A stretch of DNA of 62,861 nt, the filler included, from Craspedostauros australis (lineage: Eukaryota): the NCBI GenBank assembly GCA_030167865.1. It is 13 parts of 13 records of this genome, joined end to end, with 100 filler letters (N's around TTAATTAATTAA, not from the genome) between each part and the next. Parts side by side here need not be neighbours in the genome. Positions count along the whole stretch, not along the records: positions 34,189 to 39,504 come from JALAGF010004277.1; positions 39,605 to 54,187 come from JALAGF010004279.1; 11 more parts are not named here. One strand, written 5' to 3'. Positions 34,189 to 46,727 of the stretch are shown in pieces (within the stretch, counting starts at the first letter, position 1; each line of letters starts with the position of its first letter). The translations under genes and the position numbers were made by a program. A model generated the notes under the pieces. The model saw only the letters and a list, made by a program, of their open reading frames with translations, did no database searches and was not told where the DNA came from.

Positions 34189-35327
34189 AGATGGTCCGAA
34201 GCAGCGAGCGTCTTGGACCGCAGCTGGTCCGTCTCATCTTCCATGACTGCGTCGACATGTGTGACGGGTGCATCAACCTAAACAACCAAGACAACAATGG
34301 ATTGCTAGCCCCAATCGAGGCTCTCCGCCCATTTGTGACAAAGTATTCTCAATACCTCACCCGTACCGATGTGTGGGCGGTGGCTGGGATGACGGCCGCG
34401 GAAACGATGCAACCCAGAACCAAGTTCGACTACCGTTTCGAGGTGTACGGTCGACCGACATGCGACGCTGCTGGCTTCAGCGAGACAGCCGGTCCAGAAC
34501 GAGAGCTGCCAGGAGTGAACCTCACCACCGAACAACTGCTCGAATACTTCCGGCAGCACTTCAACTTCGACGCTGACGAGACTGTAGCAATCATGGGCGC
34601 ACATACGCTGTAAGTTTGAGGTGCTGCCTTCGCGTGAGGGTGTGCTGCGGCTGCGGCTGTGGTTGCGATTGTCGAATGAGATACACAGTATGCAAGCGCA
34701 AACAACCTCGCTCACCATTGTTCTCGCATCATCTCTCAATCCAACACTGTGTGCATGTACATGTGCGCCCATGCTTCCATCTATCCATTCGACCATCAAC
34801 GCAGCGGAGAGCTCAACGAGGAAAACTCCGGTTTGGTGGACGGTGAATGGGTGCAGGATGAAACAACATTGGACAATGAATTCTTGCGCCGTGTACTCGA
34901 CGGAAACTTTGACATCGAAGTTGCTGCCAATGGCAATGCCATCTGGGAACGTAACGGTGGAGGCGATGACGACTTCTTCCTCAATGCCGATCTTGCACTG
35001 GCGTACGACTTCGCTGGGTCCATGGATGCCGATGGCTTCGTGACCTGCAACTTCGCCGGCACCAACGCAAACCTCGGCACTTCTAACTGCTCCAGCGCGA
35101 GCACCAGTGCCAAGCTTGCCGAATACGCGAGCAACGGAGCTCTGTGGTTGGAGGACTTCCGCAACGTGTTCGAAAAGATGGTGAACAACGGTATCAATAC
35201 AACCGAATTGCTGGAGGTCGGTTTACCTTCTGGAAACGCAACCGCCCCTCCATCCGCATCGCCAGTGGTCCAGCTGAGCGCTGTTGTAGCCGCTCAATCG
35301 ATTGGGTATCTCCTTCTATTTGCTTGA
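34189..35327 (+). CDS. Haem peroxidase, copy A (5'-truncated by contig start); intron 34610-34804
   Basis: Repeat of 38198-39336 at offset 4009; the ORF translations are identical. Confidence 0.85.
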
Positions 35328-35480
35328 TCACGGCGGCTGCTGCGCCTTGTCACACTGCATCTCCAGATGCGTAAAGTTGGACAACACCTTGGTTCGGTGA
35401 ACATGGTATACTTGATATAGTTAGAATATACCATTTACAGTAACTCCATCTGTGTTCTTACTGTGATAACGGACCATGTA

Positions 35481-36350
35481 TGTTGTATCGGACAACAATC
35501 GAACATTGGCGGATGTTCGGCCACTCCCATTTTCTCGTCCTGTTGTTACAACAGCGTTCCTGCCAGTCTCTACCCGGCTTTGAGCCGAAGGACAGTTCCA
35601 GACGATGCTGTGTGATCGTATGTTTGGCTAATCAGATAGTTACAATTGATTTTTATGGTGTTTGTTTGCTCTCTCTTTTGTTGTTACTTGTTGCTGCTGT
35701 GATCTTCTTGCTGACCTGGCACAGTGGTTGTGTGGTCTCGGTTGGTTTTCCTTGCCTGGTCTGGTCTTCGTCAGGATGTCCCGAAACCACAGGTAGACCG
35801 GGAATGTAGGTGTCTTCCCCAACACACTCCTTTGATCCCACCAAGGCTTCCTTGTATGACTTGCCCTTGATGACATCACCAGTATGGTGGTTGAGGATAG
35901 TGTCTCGGAATGTTCTGAATTTGGTTCGCTGGAGTGGCTTCGTGAAGAAGTCTCCGAGCATGACATCTGTTGGACAGTACTGGATGGTGATGTCTCCTTT
36001 TTCGATTCGATCTGTGGCAAAGAAGAATCGCATGTTGATGTGACGAGTCCGTTTGCTGCTTAACCCTTGACCGTTCTGTTCCAGGAGCATTGCACTTGGC
36101 TGTCCTGATAAGTGATTGTGGGGCCAAGGTCGATAACATGCTCCTGCAGGAAATACTGTGTCCATAACACTTGTGGCATGACATTGTCAACTGCCACGAG
36201 TTCTGCTTCAGTCGAGCTCCTGGTGTTCAGTTTTTGTTTGGACGAAGTGGCGTATATCTCCACCTCCTGCGGACAGACATGCTCCTGTGCGGCTGCGCAT
36301 ATTGTCCCGTTATTGTACACAGCGAAATCGCACGAGTCCGTCAAGAGAGA
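35481..36350 (-). mobile_element. Degenerate Ty1/Copia (CoDi-like) LTR retrotransposon 3' end: RNase H, PPT and putative LTR
   Basis: SSKQKLNTRSSTEAELVAV, YQD, SSKRTRHINMRFFF, YCPTDVMLGDFFTKPLQ, with frameshifts. AAAGGAGTG|TGTTG at 35824 marks a likely LTR start. The distal LTR end (CAACA at 35481) is tentative. Confidence 0.85.
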
Positions 36351-37229
36351 TCAAGTCTTTCAGGAAGATGGCGATGAGCTGGTGTAGTAAAGACACTGAT
36401 TGGGTAGAGTGACTTCTGAATCTATGTTACCTTTCTTGTGTTGTATCTCATGTTGCTGTGTTGAAGGACAGCTCTTGGTCATGCATCTTTGCAATCTTGT
36501 TCTGACGTGGAGATGACCCATGATGTAGCGATGACGCCTCTTGTGTCGATGTCACTTGTCACCACTCCATGGCACTGTCGATTCCGCATTCCATTGATGA
36601 TGCTTGAGGTCGTCGATGTTGGTGTCGCTTCAGGTTTAGTTGGGAAGTAGATCATTTCAAATATTGACGTCTCATGCTTTTCCGGGTGGTGGCCAGACCA
36701 AATCTCTGATGCTCTCTGTTGGAAGGTTCCGCGCACGGAGAATCGGTAGTAGTCACACTCTTTGTCGAAAGTGTTTCTGTTACTTGTTACTGTAGTCATT
36801 TCTGATTGTTGATGAGCGTGCGTGGGGAATGAGATGATCAAGATGCTCTCTTGATCCATCTCCTCTCCACGGTCGTTGCTGGTGCAATCCTCTTGCACCT
36901 CCCATGCACATTGGTCTCCTTGTTGCGCGTTGATGTTGTCTTGGTTGTTGTTGACCTTGTCGCAATTCTCTCATTGTCTCGTCGTTGTTCCATTCTCAGG
37001 TTTTGTTGAATCTGATGATTGATGGAATCTGTTGGATTATTTAAAACATATTTCATTCTCTGTAGACCTGGTAGGTAAGGCCTTCAGGTATCGTCGCATG
37101 TGATGGATACTGTGGTATCTGCTGGTATCGCGGTATCCTGGCATTTTAGTATCGCAGTATCTTCGTGGTATCGTGGTTGGATCGTTGTGACATCACCAGT
37201 TTTGGGTCATGATTGCGCCAACAAATATT

Positions 37230-37567
37230 CCCGACGGCAAGCAAGTGTGACTGATGCATACACATCCGAGTACACACATTCCGACACAAATGCACGACTT
37301 TCTGGCAAGGAGGGAACCAAACCTAAACGGGTTACCAGGATGTGTAGCTTCTGCCGAGTCTATATCTGTAGGGATCATTGGGATATATACCATGGAAAGA
37401 AGTGAAATAGACACAAACAAGAATTCAGTAGTTTCCCACGACAACACTAGTTGTGAGGGGTACAGACTTAGTTTTCACGTAGGCCCTGGTAGGGAAAATT
37501 CGTTCAAAAAACAACTAGTGTCGTTATATCGCCCATAATATGGGCGTTAAGCTCCGGTCGTAAAGGG
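37230..37567 (+). mobile_element. piggyBac-like transposon 3' remnant
   Basis: C-terminal Cys-rich motif TRMCSFCRVYICRDHWDIYH-stop. Subterminal inverted repeat ACAACACTAGTTGT / ACAACTAGTGTCGT and palindrome CGCCCATAATATGGGCG. Ends ...CGTAAAGGG without an intact TTAA. Confidence 0.55.
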
Positions 37568-37884
37568 ATACACTAATAACAAATTTAACGCTATTAACGT
37601 CTATCTATGACCACTTAAGGGTTTATCGGCAACAGGGCGTTATGTGCTTGAGTGCATACATAAGTGACTACACGGATCGTGCACAAGACGTCAGCATGCG
37701 GCCCATCATCTTGTGCGGGACACTGATTGGTACCGATGGGGGCAGTCTCATCTCACAAAACCAATCACCGGCAAAATCAAAAGCGAATCAAACCAACGAG
37801 CACACAGGCAAACAAACATCCAAAGCAAAAGCAAAAGCAAAGCAAAAGCAAAGCAAACACGCACACAAACTACCTAAATCCAAG

Positions 37885-39336
37885 ATGAAGATCAGCCTCG
37901 CAACTTTCCTCGCAACCGTTGCCGTCGCACACGCATGCCCATACCTCGGATACACCGCAGGCGGCGACAACCCTCATGACACGGATGCTGCCGCACCGTG
38001 CACAGGCGATGCCATGCATGTGAACGACGGATCCGTTCATGGTGGCCGTGCCTTGCATCGTGGTGGAAGACGTGGAAGTTTTGATTCCCAGAGCACTGAG
38101 GGCGATGCATCCAGCCGAGCCACTGGCGACGATGGCACCCCGCTGGACTTCGACGCTCCAAGGGATGCAGTCGACTCGCTTCGATACGAAGTCGGTAAGA
38201 TGGTCCGAAGCAGCGAGCGTCTTGGACCGCAGCTGGTCCGTCTCATCTTCCATGACTGCGTCGACATGTGTGACGGGTGCATCAACCTAAACAACCAAGA
38301 CAACAATGGATTGCTAGCCCCAATCGAGGCTCTCCGCCCATTTGTGACAAAGTATTCTCAATACCTCACCCGTACCGATGTGTGGGCGGTGGCTGGGATG
38401 ACGGCCGCGGAAACGATGCAACCCAGAACCAAGTTCGACTACCGTTTCGAGGTGTACGGTCGACCGACATGCGACGCTGCTGGCTTCAGCGAGACAGCCG
38501 GTCCAGAACGAGAGCTGCCAGGAGTGAACCTCACCACCGAACAACTGCTCGAATACTTCCGGCAGCACTTCAACTTCGACGCTGACGAGACTGTAGCAAT
38601 CATGGGCGCACATACGCTGTAAGTTTGAGGTGCTGCCTTCGCGTGAGGGTGTGCTGCGGCTGCGGCTGTGGTTGCGATTGTCGAATGAGATACACAGTAT
38701 GCAAGCGCAAACAACCTCGCTCACCATTGTTCTCGCATCATCTCTCAATCCAACACTGTGTGCATGTACATGTGCGCCCATGCTTCCATCTATCCATTCG
38801 ACCATCAACGCAGCGGAGAGCTCAACGAGGAAAACTCCGGTTTGGTGGACGGTGAATGGGTGCAGGATGAAACAACATTGGACAATGAATTCTTGCGCCG
38901 TGTACTCGACGGAAACTTTGACATCGAAGTTGCTGCCAATGGCAATGCCATCTGGGAACGTAACGGTGGAGGCGATGACGACTTCTTCCTCAATGCCGAT
39001 CTTGCACTGGCGTACGACTTCGCTGGGTCCATGGATGCCGATGGCTTCGTGACCTGCAACTTCGCCGGCACCAACGCAAACCTCGGCACTTCTAACTGCT
39101 CCAGCGCGAGCACCAGTGCCAAGCTTGCCGAATACGCGAGCAACGGAGCTCTGTGGTTGGAGGACTTCCGCAACGTGTTCGAAAAGATGGTGAACAACGG
39201 TATCAATACAACCGAATTGCTGGAGGTCGGTTTACCTTCTGGAAACGCAACCGCCCCTCCATCCGCATCGCCAGTGGTCCAGCTGAGCGCTGTTGTAGCC
39301 GCTCAATCGATTGGGTATCTCCTTCTATTTGCTTGA
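37885..39336 (+). CDS. Secreted, probably GPI-anchored haem peroxidase (peroxidase-catalase superfamily), copy B; exons 37885-38618 and 38814-39336
   Basis: Signal peptide MKISLATFLATVAVAHA then CPY. Distal RLIFHDCVDMCDGC; proximal ETVAIMGAHTL|G restored by splicing; LDNEF; LNADLAL. Hydrophobic C-terminus with no cytosolic tail. Confidence 0.9.
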
Positions 39337-41396
39337 TCACGGCGGCTGCTGCGCCTTGTCACACTGCATCTCCAGATGCGTAAAGTTGGACAACACCTTG
39401 GTTCGGTGAACATGGTATACTTGATATAGTTAGAATATACCATTTACAGTAACTCCATCTGTGTTCTTACTGTGATAACGGACCATGTATGTTGTATCGG
39501 ACAANNNNNNNNNNNNNNNNNNNNNNNNNNNNNNNNNNNNNNNNNNNNTTAATTAATTAANNNNNNNNNNNNNNNNNNNNNNNNNNNNNNNNNNNNNNNN
39601 NNNNGCAACAGATCTGATTACCATGGCATTGCATCGTGCCACATCTTGAGTGTTGGAGTAGGCAGCGTTGCCTCCAGTTGCGCCACGTCTGTGATCTTTC
39701 ATTGCCGACAAACGAATGCAGAGTACTCTAACAAGTTCCACTACTATACTCTCCAGTCTCTCTACCAATAAGGAGAGAGAGAGAGAGAGAGGAGTCCAAG
39801 TTGCTCATATCATGTAAAATGTGAGGCATAAAATCGGCGGATACTCGCAGGATCGGCAAGGCCAACAACGAACGGCAACAAGACGAAGGACGACTGGTAT
39901 TCAACACCAGTGAGGAGCGAGAAACGGACACGGAAGAGATCCCGAAATACGTACGAAACCTCGATCCAGGACAAGGAAGAGGAATGAGCGAATTCACTGC
40001 AAACAGAGAATGGAAGTGAACAATCGTGTAGAGTGGGCGCACCGCCATCCATGCTGTTGGTGTGCCAAGGCTTTCCCAAATGTGCGCCATTGCTGCTCCG
40101 CTTCGTCCCTCATGTTCTGGTCTCGCGCGACGGAGATGAGGAATACAAAGTGCACAGGGGAAGTCAGAAGGAGTCGGAACTTCTGAATTTGGCAGCCATT
40201 GTACGTAGTCTATCTCGCAATTGTCAGGCCTCGGATGTCTATGGTGCGAGTATGGGAGTGCGACGGCTTCTCCTGGTATCATGACTGTTCCAAGATATAA
40301 TAGCAGCTGATGATCTCTGTGTACTCATACAACACGACACAAAGCGCAACACTATCAATCCCACCAGCATGCTCGAAGTTAGTTAGTTGGTTCGTCAGTA
40401 GCAAAGCGTCATCTAATGCATTCGTATGATTCACTCACACACGAGTTACAGCTGCGATCTTCAGACACACTTGTTTGTTGTACTCGTGTTCGTCTGTACT
40501 GATGCATATTATACCAGTGGATCTCACCAGTACCAGCATGGAATGATACGAACCAAGACGTGAACCAGGGCAAGATTCACTCTCGTGTATGGTACTCGTA
40601 CGTATCTTTGGTCAAGTCGGACCAAGGAGTGTGGCAGAAGCGACGCGGCAGTCTTGTGCTATCTTCAGATACGGTTACCACTTGATGGGTGAGAGCATCA
40701 AGGACCGCAAAAGAAAGGAGAAGCGGACGGGTCAAGATTCACCAGAGCAGAATCTCGAGTGCTCTGACTGTCTCATTGATCGACGGATCCAAGGCGCGAG
40801 CAAGTGGCAAGAAGATGGAAGTGAGTCCAATTGTTTCCGTTCAATCGTTCACATTTCATCACCGAAGATCGCAATCGTTCATTCCCCAGGCACATGCGCA
40901 CACCCGCGACCGTCCATCAATTCATTTCTTCCTGCCGTCTCATCCCTTTCATGTACGTGCAGAGTACTAATATGTTGGATAGCTGGGCGGGTATTCGTCG
41001 ATTTCCGAGAATATCCCGTGCATTCTCTCCCAAGGACGGCGATGCAAGGATGGGGAGATACGTACCATACAATGTTGTCTGACCATGGCCACGTTTGCCC
41101 ACGTCATTCGTGGTGGCAGGAGCTCCCACCAAAAGCGAACCTCTGAGAGCGAAACTCTCCATTCTCTGTTCTGCTCAATGCCGTTTGCTCTGGAGACGAG
41201 CCTTTTCTTGTGCGTCTCATGTCTTCAACAGGACATGGACGACGGAATGGTGGTATTGAAGCTGGAATAGAACTCCAATCGTGTGATGGCTGGCCTCTAC
41301 AACCTTGGTGGATCGGTTGGTACGATTGAAATCTACTATCTGTCCATATGCCATACGTCGACGATACCAATCGAGTGATGACATTCAGATTGCAGA

Positions 41397-43460
41397 TCAA
41401 ACAACGTCAGTGAAGGTGACATCAGCTCCTCCATCCACTTCTCCATCTCCTTTGCCGAGGGTAATGACGACGAACAGCTGAGGACCCAGCTTGCGTACTG
41501 TCATCACAACAGGTGTGATACCAAACTCCTTCCGCAGCGATTCCATCCAGTCCTTCACGACGAACGTCACAGGAAGCCGCAGTCCCAGAATGGCCGGTGT
41601 CAAGTGATAAAAGCACTTCGCGATCACCTCATTCAAGCTCCACCGCCCCATTCGTATCGTGGAATGCACCTCGTCCTCCTGCTTGTAATCGATGCCGCCC
41701 CACGGTGGATCCATCACAAGGATCATACTCTGGTCGTGTTTGCCATGTGTGCGTTCGTCTGCCAACACAGGTAGAGCGCTCATGGCGTCCATGTTCCTCA
41801 CATCCACCGCTGATCTGGCGCTGAAGCCATGCTTTGTCATGTTGTGCTGACAGAGTTCGGCGCGGATCGGATCGATCTCGATGGCGATGACCTGCTGGAA
41901 ATAGTTTGTTTTGGCCAATCCAAGAGTCATGCCACCGACAGATGCTGTGAGATCGACCGCCACAACATCGTTGCATGGAGTTCTTTGGTTGACCACAGTA
42001 GGGTGTAGGTGGGGTTCGTCGCATTCATCCTTTCCATACTTCCCGCAACCGCTGCCGTTACTGCTGCCGCCACCGCTGTGGAATGGAGATTGTGGAGATG
42101 TGCAGCTCCACACCATGATGTTCGCTATGGCTGTCGACCACTTCGATGCTGTCACAGAATACAAGCCTTGATGATCTACCGCCATCCTGCTGTGGCCAGG
42201 AGGCTGGTGAGAAGTTCCGACCTGCGAGATGCTGCCACTGCATGTGCTATCTTTGTCGTTCTTTGGGACGGCATTGCGCATGTTGATTGTGGGATGATCC
42301 TTCATGCGCAGCTCCACATCACCGCTTGCAATCTGCTTCATTGCCAACCCATCAAACAAAACTGGAAAGGCCTTGACGAGGCCGCTGAAGTCCCGGCCGC
42401 CAAGGCATTCTTTCACGGACGAGTACCGATGGATGAGAAGGGAGAGCTTCATTTGCGTTCCACCATCCTGGCGCAGACACTCCATGATGACGGCAGCAGC
42501 TCGTTTCGCCTCCTCTTCTGCCCACACTTCGGATGTTACATCTGCAACTGCTGCTGTGGTTGCTCTCACGGTCGCTGCCATTGCTGATATGCAGATCTGG
42601 TTCCTCTCGTCGATGATATCGTATCGCTCTTGAGCGTGTTGTTGCAGCAGTCGCTTCACAGCTGGCAACACTGCCTTTGCCCATTGCGTGGATCCGACCG
42701 GACAGTACGCTTGCTTGCGCGGCTCTTGCTGGCCATCGCTGGTGTGGAGGCCTTCATGCTTACTGCTGCAGTCGCTGTTGCTTGGCTGATGTGAATGTTC
42801 ACGCACGTTGATTGCACCGTCAGATGATGCTCGATCTGCTGGCAGATTGAAACTCCCATAATGCTTGACGTAAAAGTTGGTTTCGCGCAGCCATGCGTGG
42901 GCCGGCGTTTTGCATTGTCGGATCAACCAATCAAGGCTGCATTCTGGCCGGCCGTTGCTGCGTTGATGCCCTTGGTTCTTCTGCCGCCTTATCAGTTTGG
43001 CTTGTCGCCTGCGCATCACGATGCTGACATACTGCAACAGCTTGTCTTGGCTGTCGTGGTATCTTTCATTGTCCCAAACGAGCAGATGCTGTTTCTCAAC
43101 GTTGCTGTGAGTGTCGTTGTTGCTCTCTTCGCTGCTGCCATTGTCCTCGTGCGCGACCGCGATAGGGCTTTTGCGTGCAGCGTAGAAGAGGGTGACGTAA
43201 CTGTTCTGAATCAAGTGGACGAGATGCATGTTGGTGCTGGTATCCACACGAAAGATGGCAGGGTACCTTCGGCAGAACGTCAGCAACCCCTTCGACCCGA
43301 TGCTTTGCACCAGCAGTCTGTCAACGTGCCTTGGACGCGCAAGGTGATCCTTGAGGGCCGTGGCCATGGTAATTCCGCCATCCTTGTGGATCTCGTTGCT
43401 CAGAATCTCCAGCAGTTCATGATCAGCAGAACTGGCGAGAGGCGAATCGACGGATGGCAT
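41397..43460 (-). CDS. RNA cap guanine-N2 methyltransferase (Tgs family) with long N-terminal region
   Basis: GLYSVT, SAM motif VDLTASVGGMT, VIAIEIDPIRAELCQHNM, and the Tgs signature MDPPWGGIDYK. Confidence 0.82.
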   Translation of the reverse strand: MPSVDSPLASSADHELLEILSNEIHKDGGITMATALKDHLARPRHVDRLLVQSIGSKGLLTFCRRYPAIFRVDTSTNMHLVHLIQNSYVTLFYAARKSPIAVAHEDNGSSEESNNDTHSNVEKQHLLVWDNERYHDSQDKLLQYVSIVMRRRQAKLIRRQKNQGHQRSNGRPECSLDWLIRQCKTPAHAWLRETNFYVKHYGSFNLPADRASSDGAINVREHSHQPSNSDCSSKHEGLHTSDGQQEPRKQAYCPVGSTQWAKAVLPAVKRLLQQHAQERYDIIDERNQICISAMAATVRATTAAVADVTSEVWAEEEAKRAAAVIMECLRQDGGTQMKLSLLIHRYSSVKECLGGRDFSGLVKAFPVLFDGLAMKQIASGDVELRMKDHPTINMRNAVPKNDKDSTCSGSISQVGTSHQPPGHSRMAVDHQGLYSVTASKWSTAIANIMVWSCTSPQSPFHSGGGSSNGSGCGKYGKDECDEPHLHPTVVNQRTPCNDVVAVDLTASVGGMTLGLAKTNYFQQVIAIEIDPIRAELCQHNMTKHGFSARSAVDVRNMDAMSALPVLADERTHGKHDQSMILVMDPPWGGIDYKQEDEVHSTIRMGRWSLNEVIAKCFYHLTPAILGLRLPVTFVVKDWMESLRKEFGITPVVMTVRKLGPQLFVVITLGKGDGEVDGGADVTFTDVV

Positions 43461-45341
43461 CGCTTGTGGGCTCGCCTCCAGTTGCACTTCGGGCGCACAG
43501 CTCCACTGTCGTGGTTGCGCTGTTTGATCTTCTCACAGCACCAACGGGATCACTACACACAGGAGGCGTCACATGACCATGGCGTTGCCATCGCCGTTGT
43601 TGCGTCGTGCTGGATCTTCGCTCATCGTTCATGCGTTTGTTGGAGTGTTCGTCGTTGTTGATTGAATTCGTGAATGGTTTCGTTCCATCTTTTTCATTCT
43701 CAACACGACTCACATCCAACAAAACGAAGAACAAGAAAGAGAAAGAAGATTGCGTTCGTGTTGGTCGCGGATCAGATTAGGCTGTCCGACATCGAAGCAG
43801 GATTGTTGACAAAACACGGTCATTGACGAAACAAAGGAAACGGGGCATCAACACATTAACACTTGCACACACACACCAACACATCAACGCTTGCGCAAAG
43901 ATACGGATGCGGTTGGCATGTCCCCATCGCGCTTCTCACTCCCTTGTTGCATGCCCTCTCTGACTTCGTCACTCCACTTCCAAGTATTCTACGAGACATC
44001 TTGTGAGCTCCTCCCCAAGCCTCATCTCGGCATCGTTTGGATGGTCATCGCTGCTGGGTGTTGCGAATCAGAGAATCAAAGCAGGTGCGACGCATTGCAA
44101 TACTCGTATGTACATACAGCTGCATTGTGTAAATTGAAGCATGGCTGACCGTGGACTTAATAACTGTCTGATCGATCCTTCTTCGACATCACGACGGTTG
44201 CTATACCACGGGACATTGAACTCAGCGATGGTGTTGATCGTTGCGGCTGCGTGGCATGGCTTCACGTTGGATGCATTCGCATGCGTGCACGTTAGCCGAC
44301 GACCACGCAGCATGTGGCACACGTCACGCGATATGACCCATGGCACAGATTTTGCAAGGCATTGATGGACTGATTGCGTACGAGTATGTATGTGATACCA
44401 CCATGATGATGGGTTGCACTGACCCTACGTTCGTACCTCTCTACTTCTCTCTGCATACCGAATTGAACCATGCACATACGAGGGTGCATAGCATGCAAAG
44501 GCATCGTCGATATCGATGACGAGAGTGTCTATCAATAGCTGGCGGCGGTTGTTAGCATCGAGACGAGATGGATGTTCAACGGTGAAGTGCGACAAGAAGC
44601 TGCAATGGGACACACGTGGTTCTCATAGAGTGTGCTGCTGAGTGTCATCCGCTGCATCACTGTCGGTTTGGATGGAAGAGGAAGAGATGAATGGATGTGT
44701 TGTGCTGTCGAGTTCCTGATTATTATTGGTGCCACTCAGTTCTGAGATCGAACACCAGGGGGTCCACCCACGCACCGAAGGGACGAGAACGGCCCGAAAA
44801 GAAGACAGCCGACCTGTGTAAATCAGCAACAAACATGAAACAGGCGAAATGGTGCATTCGCAAGTTGGTGGTTGATGCGAGGTGTTTCAACTCACGCTGC
44901 CTTCATTGTGCGCTCTAATGGTAGTCGCAATGAAAGGAATTAGAGCAGGTTGATTGCCGTCCTCCATCGCAAAGTTGTAGACAGAGGTCATCCTTCATCA
45001 TCATCTTGCTTGCTTCGGCGTGGTAGATGGTCATCGTCCAAGTCCATGATACCAATACAACGGTATATAGATAGAAATGAAGTCAAAAGATAGAACTGCC
45101 ACAACTCCCATCGTTCACGAAGGAACACGACACAAACACAAGAACATAGCAGCGAGGTTGGACAGGACAACACGTGATCTCACAACTCAGCTGAACCCAA
45201 CCCACTACACAAGAGATCATCAAGATTGCGACAAGGTTTGTGGGGAGGAGCTTACGACACATGATCCTTTCTGGCCTTCATCTTGTGTAATACAAGAGAA
45301 AGAGAAAGGCAAACGAAGGCACACAAGCAAGGAGACGAAGG

Positions 45342-46678
45342 ATGGAAAGAGCAGAGGGAAACGATCAATTCGTGGTGTCAGATGGTGACAGTTCTCACCA
45401 ACATCAACCGCAGCAGCAGCAGCAGCAGCAGCAGCAGGTAGCACAAGTGGGAGCACCAACAGTAATACAGAGAAGCAATAGCAACAGCCACAATCGACAA
45501 CAAGATGGATTGAATGACGATGCTTCTGACGTTGGGGATGACAATCGCAATCGCAATCTCGCAGAGACCAACAACAGCAACCACGGCAATATTGGCAATG
45601 ACAATGGCAATGACAATGGCAAAGACAATGGCAAAGACAATGACAATGACAGCAGCGATGAAGAAGGCGGAGATGAGACAGACCAGTCGTTTCGTATGGA
45701 GGCACCGTCACCACTTGACATGCAGCACATCAACATGCATCCTCCCTCTTACCAACAGCACCGACATCCACCACAACAGCCGGGTCACGCATTCTCGCCT
45801 CATGCCGCAGTCAATGGATTTGGACAACCATACGCATTCGCTCAGTTCGCCGCTCCGCCTGTCCCAACGATGCTCTCTCCCGTCTTTGGGAACGTCCATG
45901 CCCTGTCACCCTTCCAGCATCATCCATCCTTTCCGGTAGCAACGGCAGCAGTCACTCCGTCTCCTCTATCTCACGGAGCTTTTACTGTGCAGAATCCGAA
46001 TCCCAATCACCATCATCATCCAACGCAAGCACATCCATTTTCATTGCCGCACAGCGGCTCTGGCCTCCAACTGCAGAGCACACACCCAACTCCAGATGCC
46101 ACTTCCGCGCCAGGATACGATCACTTCGCCTTTTATGACTTCAAGGTCATCACGCCTTCGCCGCAACACATCGACCATGATGGATCCTGCGGGGACAACG
46201 ATGATGCCAGCACAAGGGCAAAGACACCAGCGCAAACACAAACGATCTTCAAGAAGGTTCGGCTGTCTGATCGCATGTCATTGCAGGAAGCCATGGTAGA
46301 GCTGGGCCATCAACTCAAGCCAAAGAGACGATGCGAAACGCAGAATGACGGCACGGAAGATACAAGAGACTTCACTGACCGCATCGAATCCATCACATGC
46401 GGAGACTACGACCTTTGGGACAACGCGCAGTACACGCTCGAGGATTTGACGAGCAAATCCACGCCGCTGAAGGACGTTGAGCTTCTGGTGCGATTGAGAT
46501 CAGCGGAACGAGTGGAACGCCATCGTGATGACGGGGAGAGCAAGGGCGCCGAACGCGGCATCAGCGAAGATAAGGAGGCAGAAAGGATGGAGCAGGATGG
46601 GCAGGATGCGGAAGACGATGGGTCGACGGCACAGGATTCGTCGATGATGCAGGGAGATGTATATCTTCCTCATCATCC

Positions 46679-46727
<49 letters not shown>

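Noticed and set aside
39604..41300. Short ORFs (e.g. 39728-40282, 40589-41146)
   Set aside because: No recognisable motifs or coding-like composition; probably intergenic or UTR.
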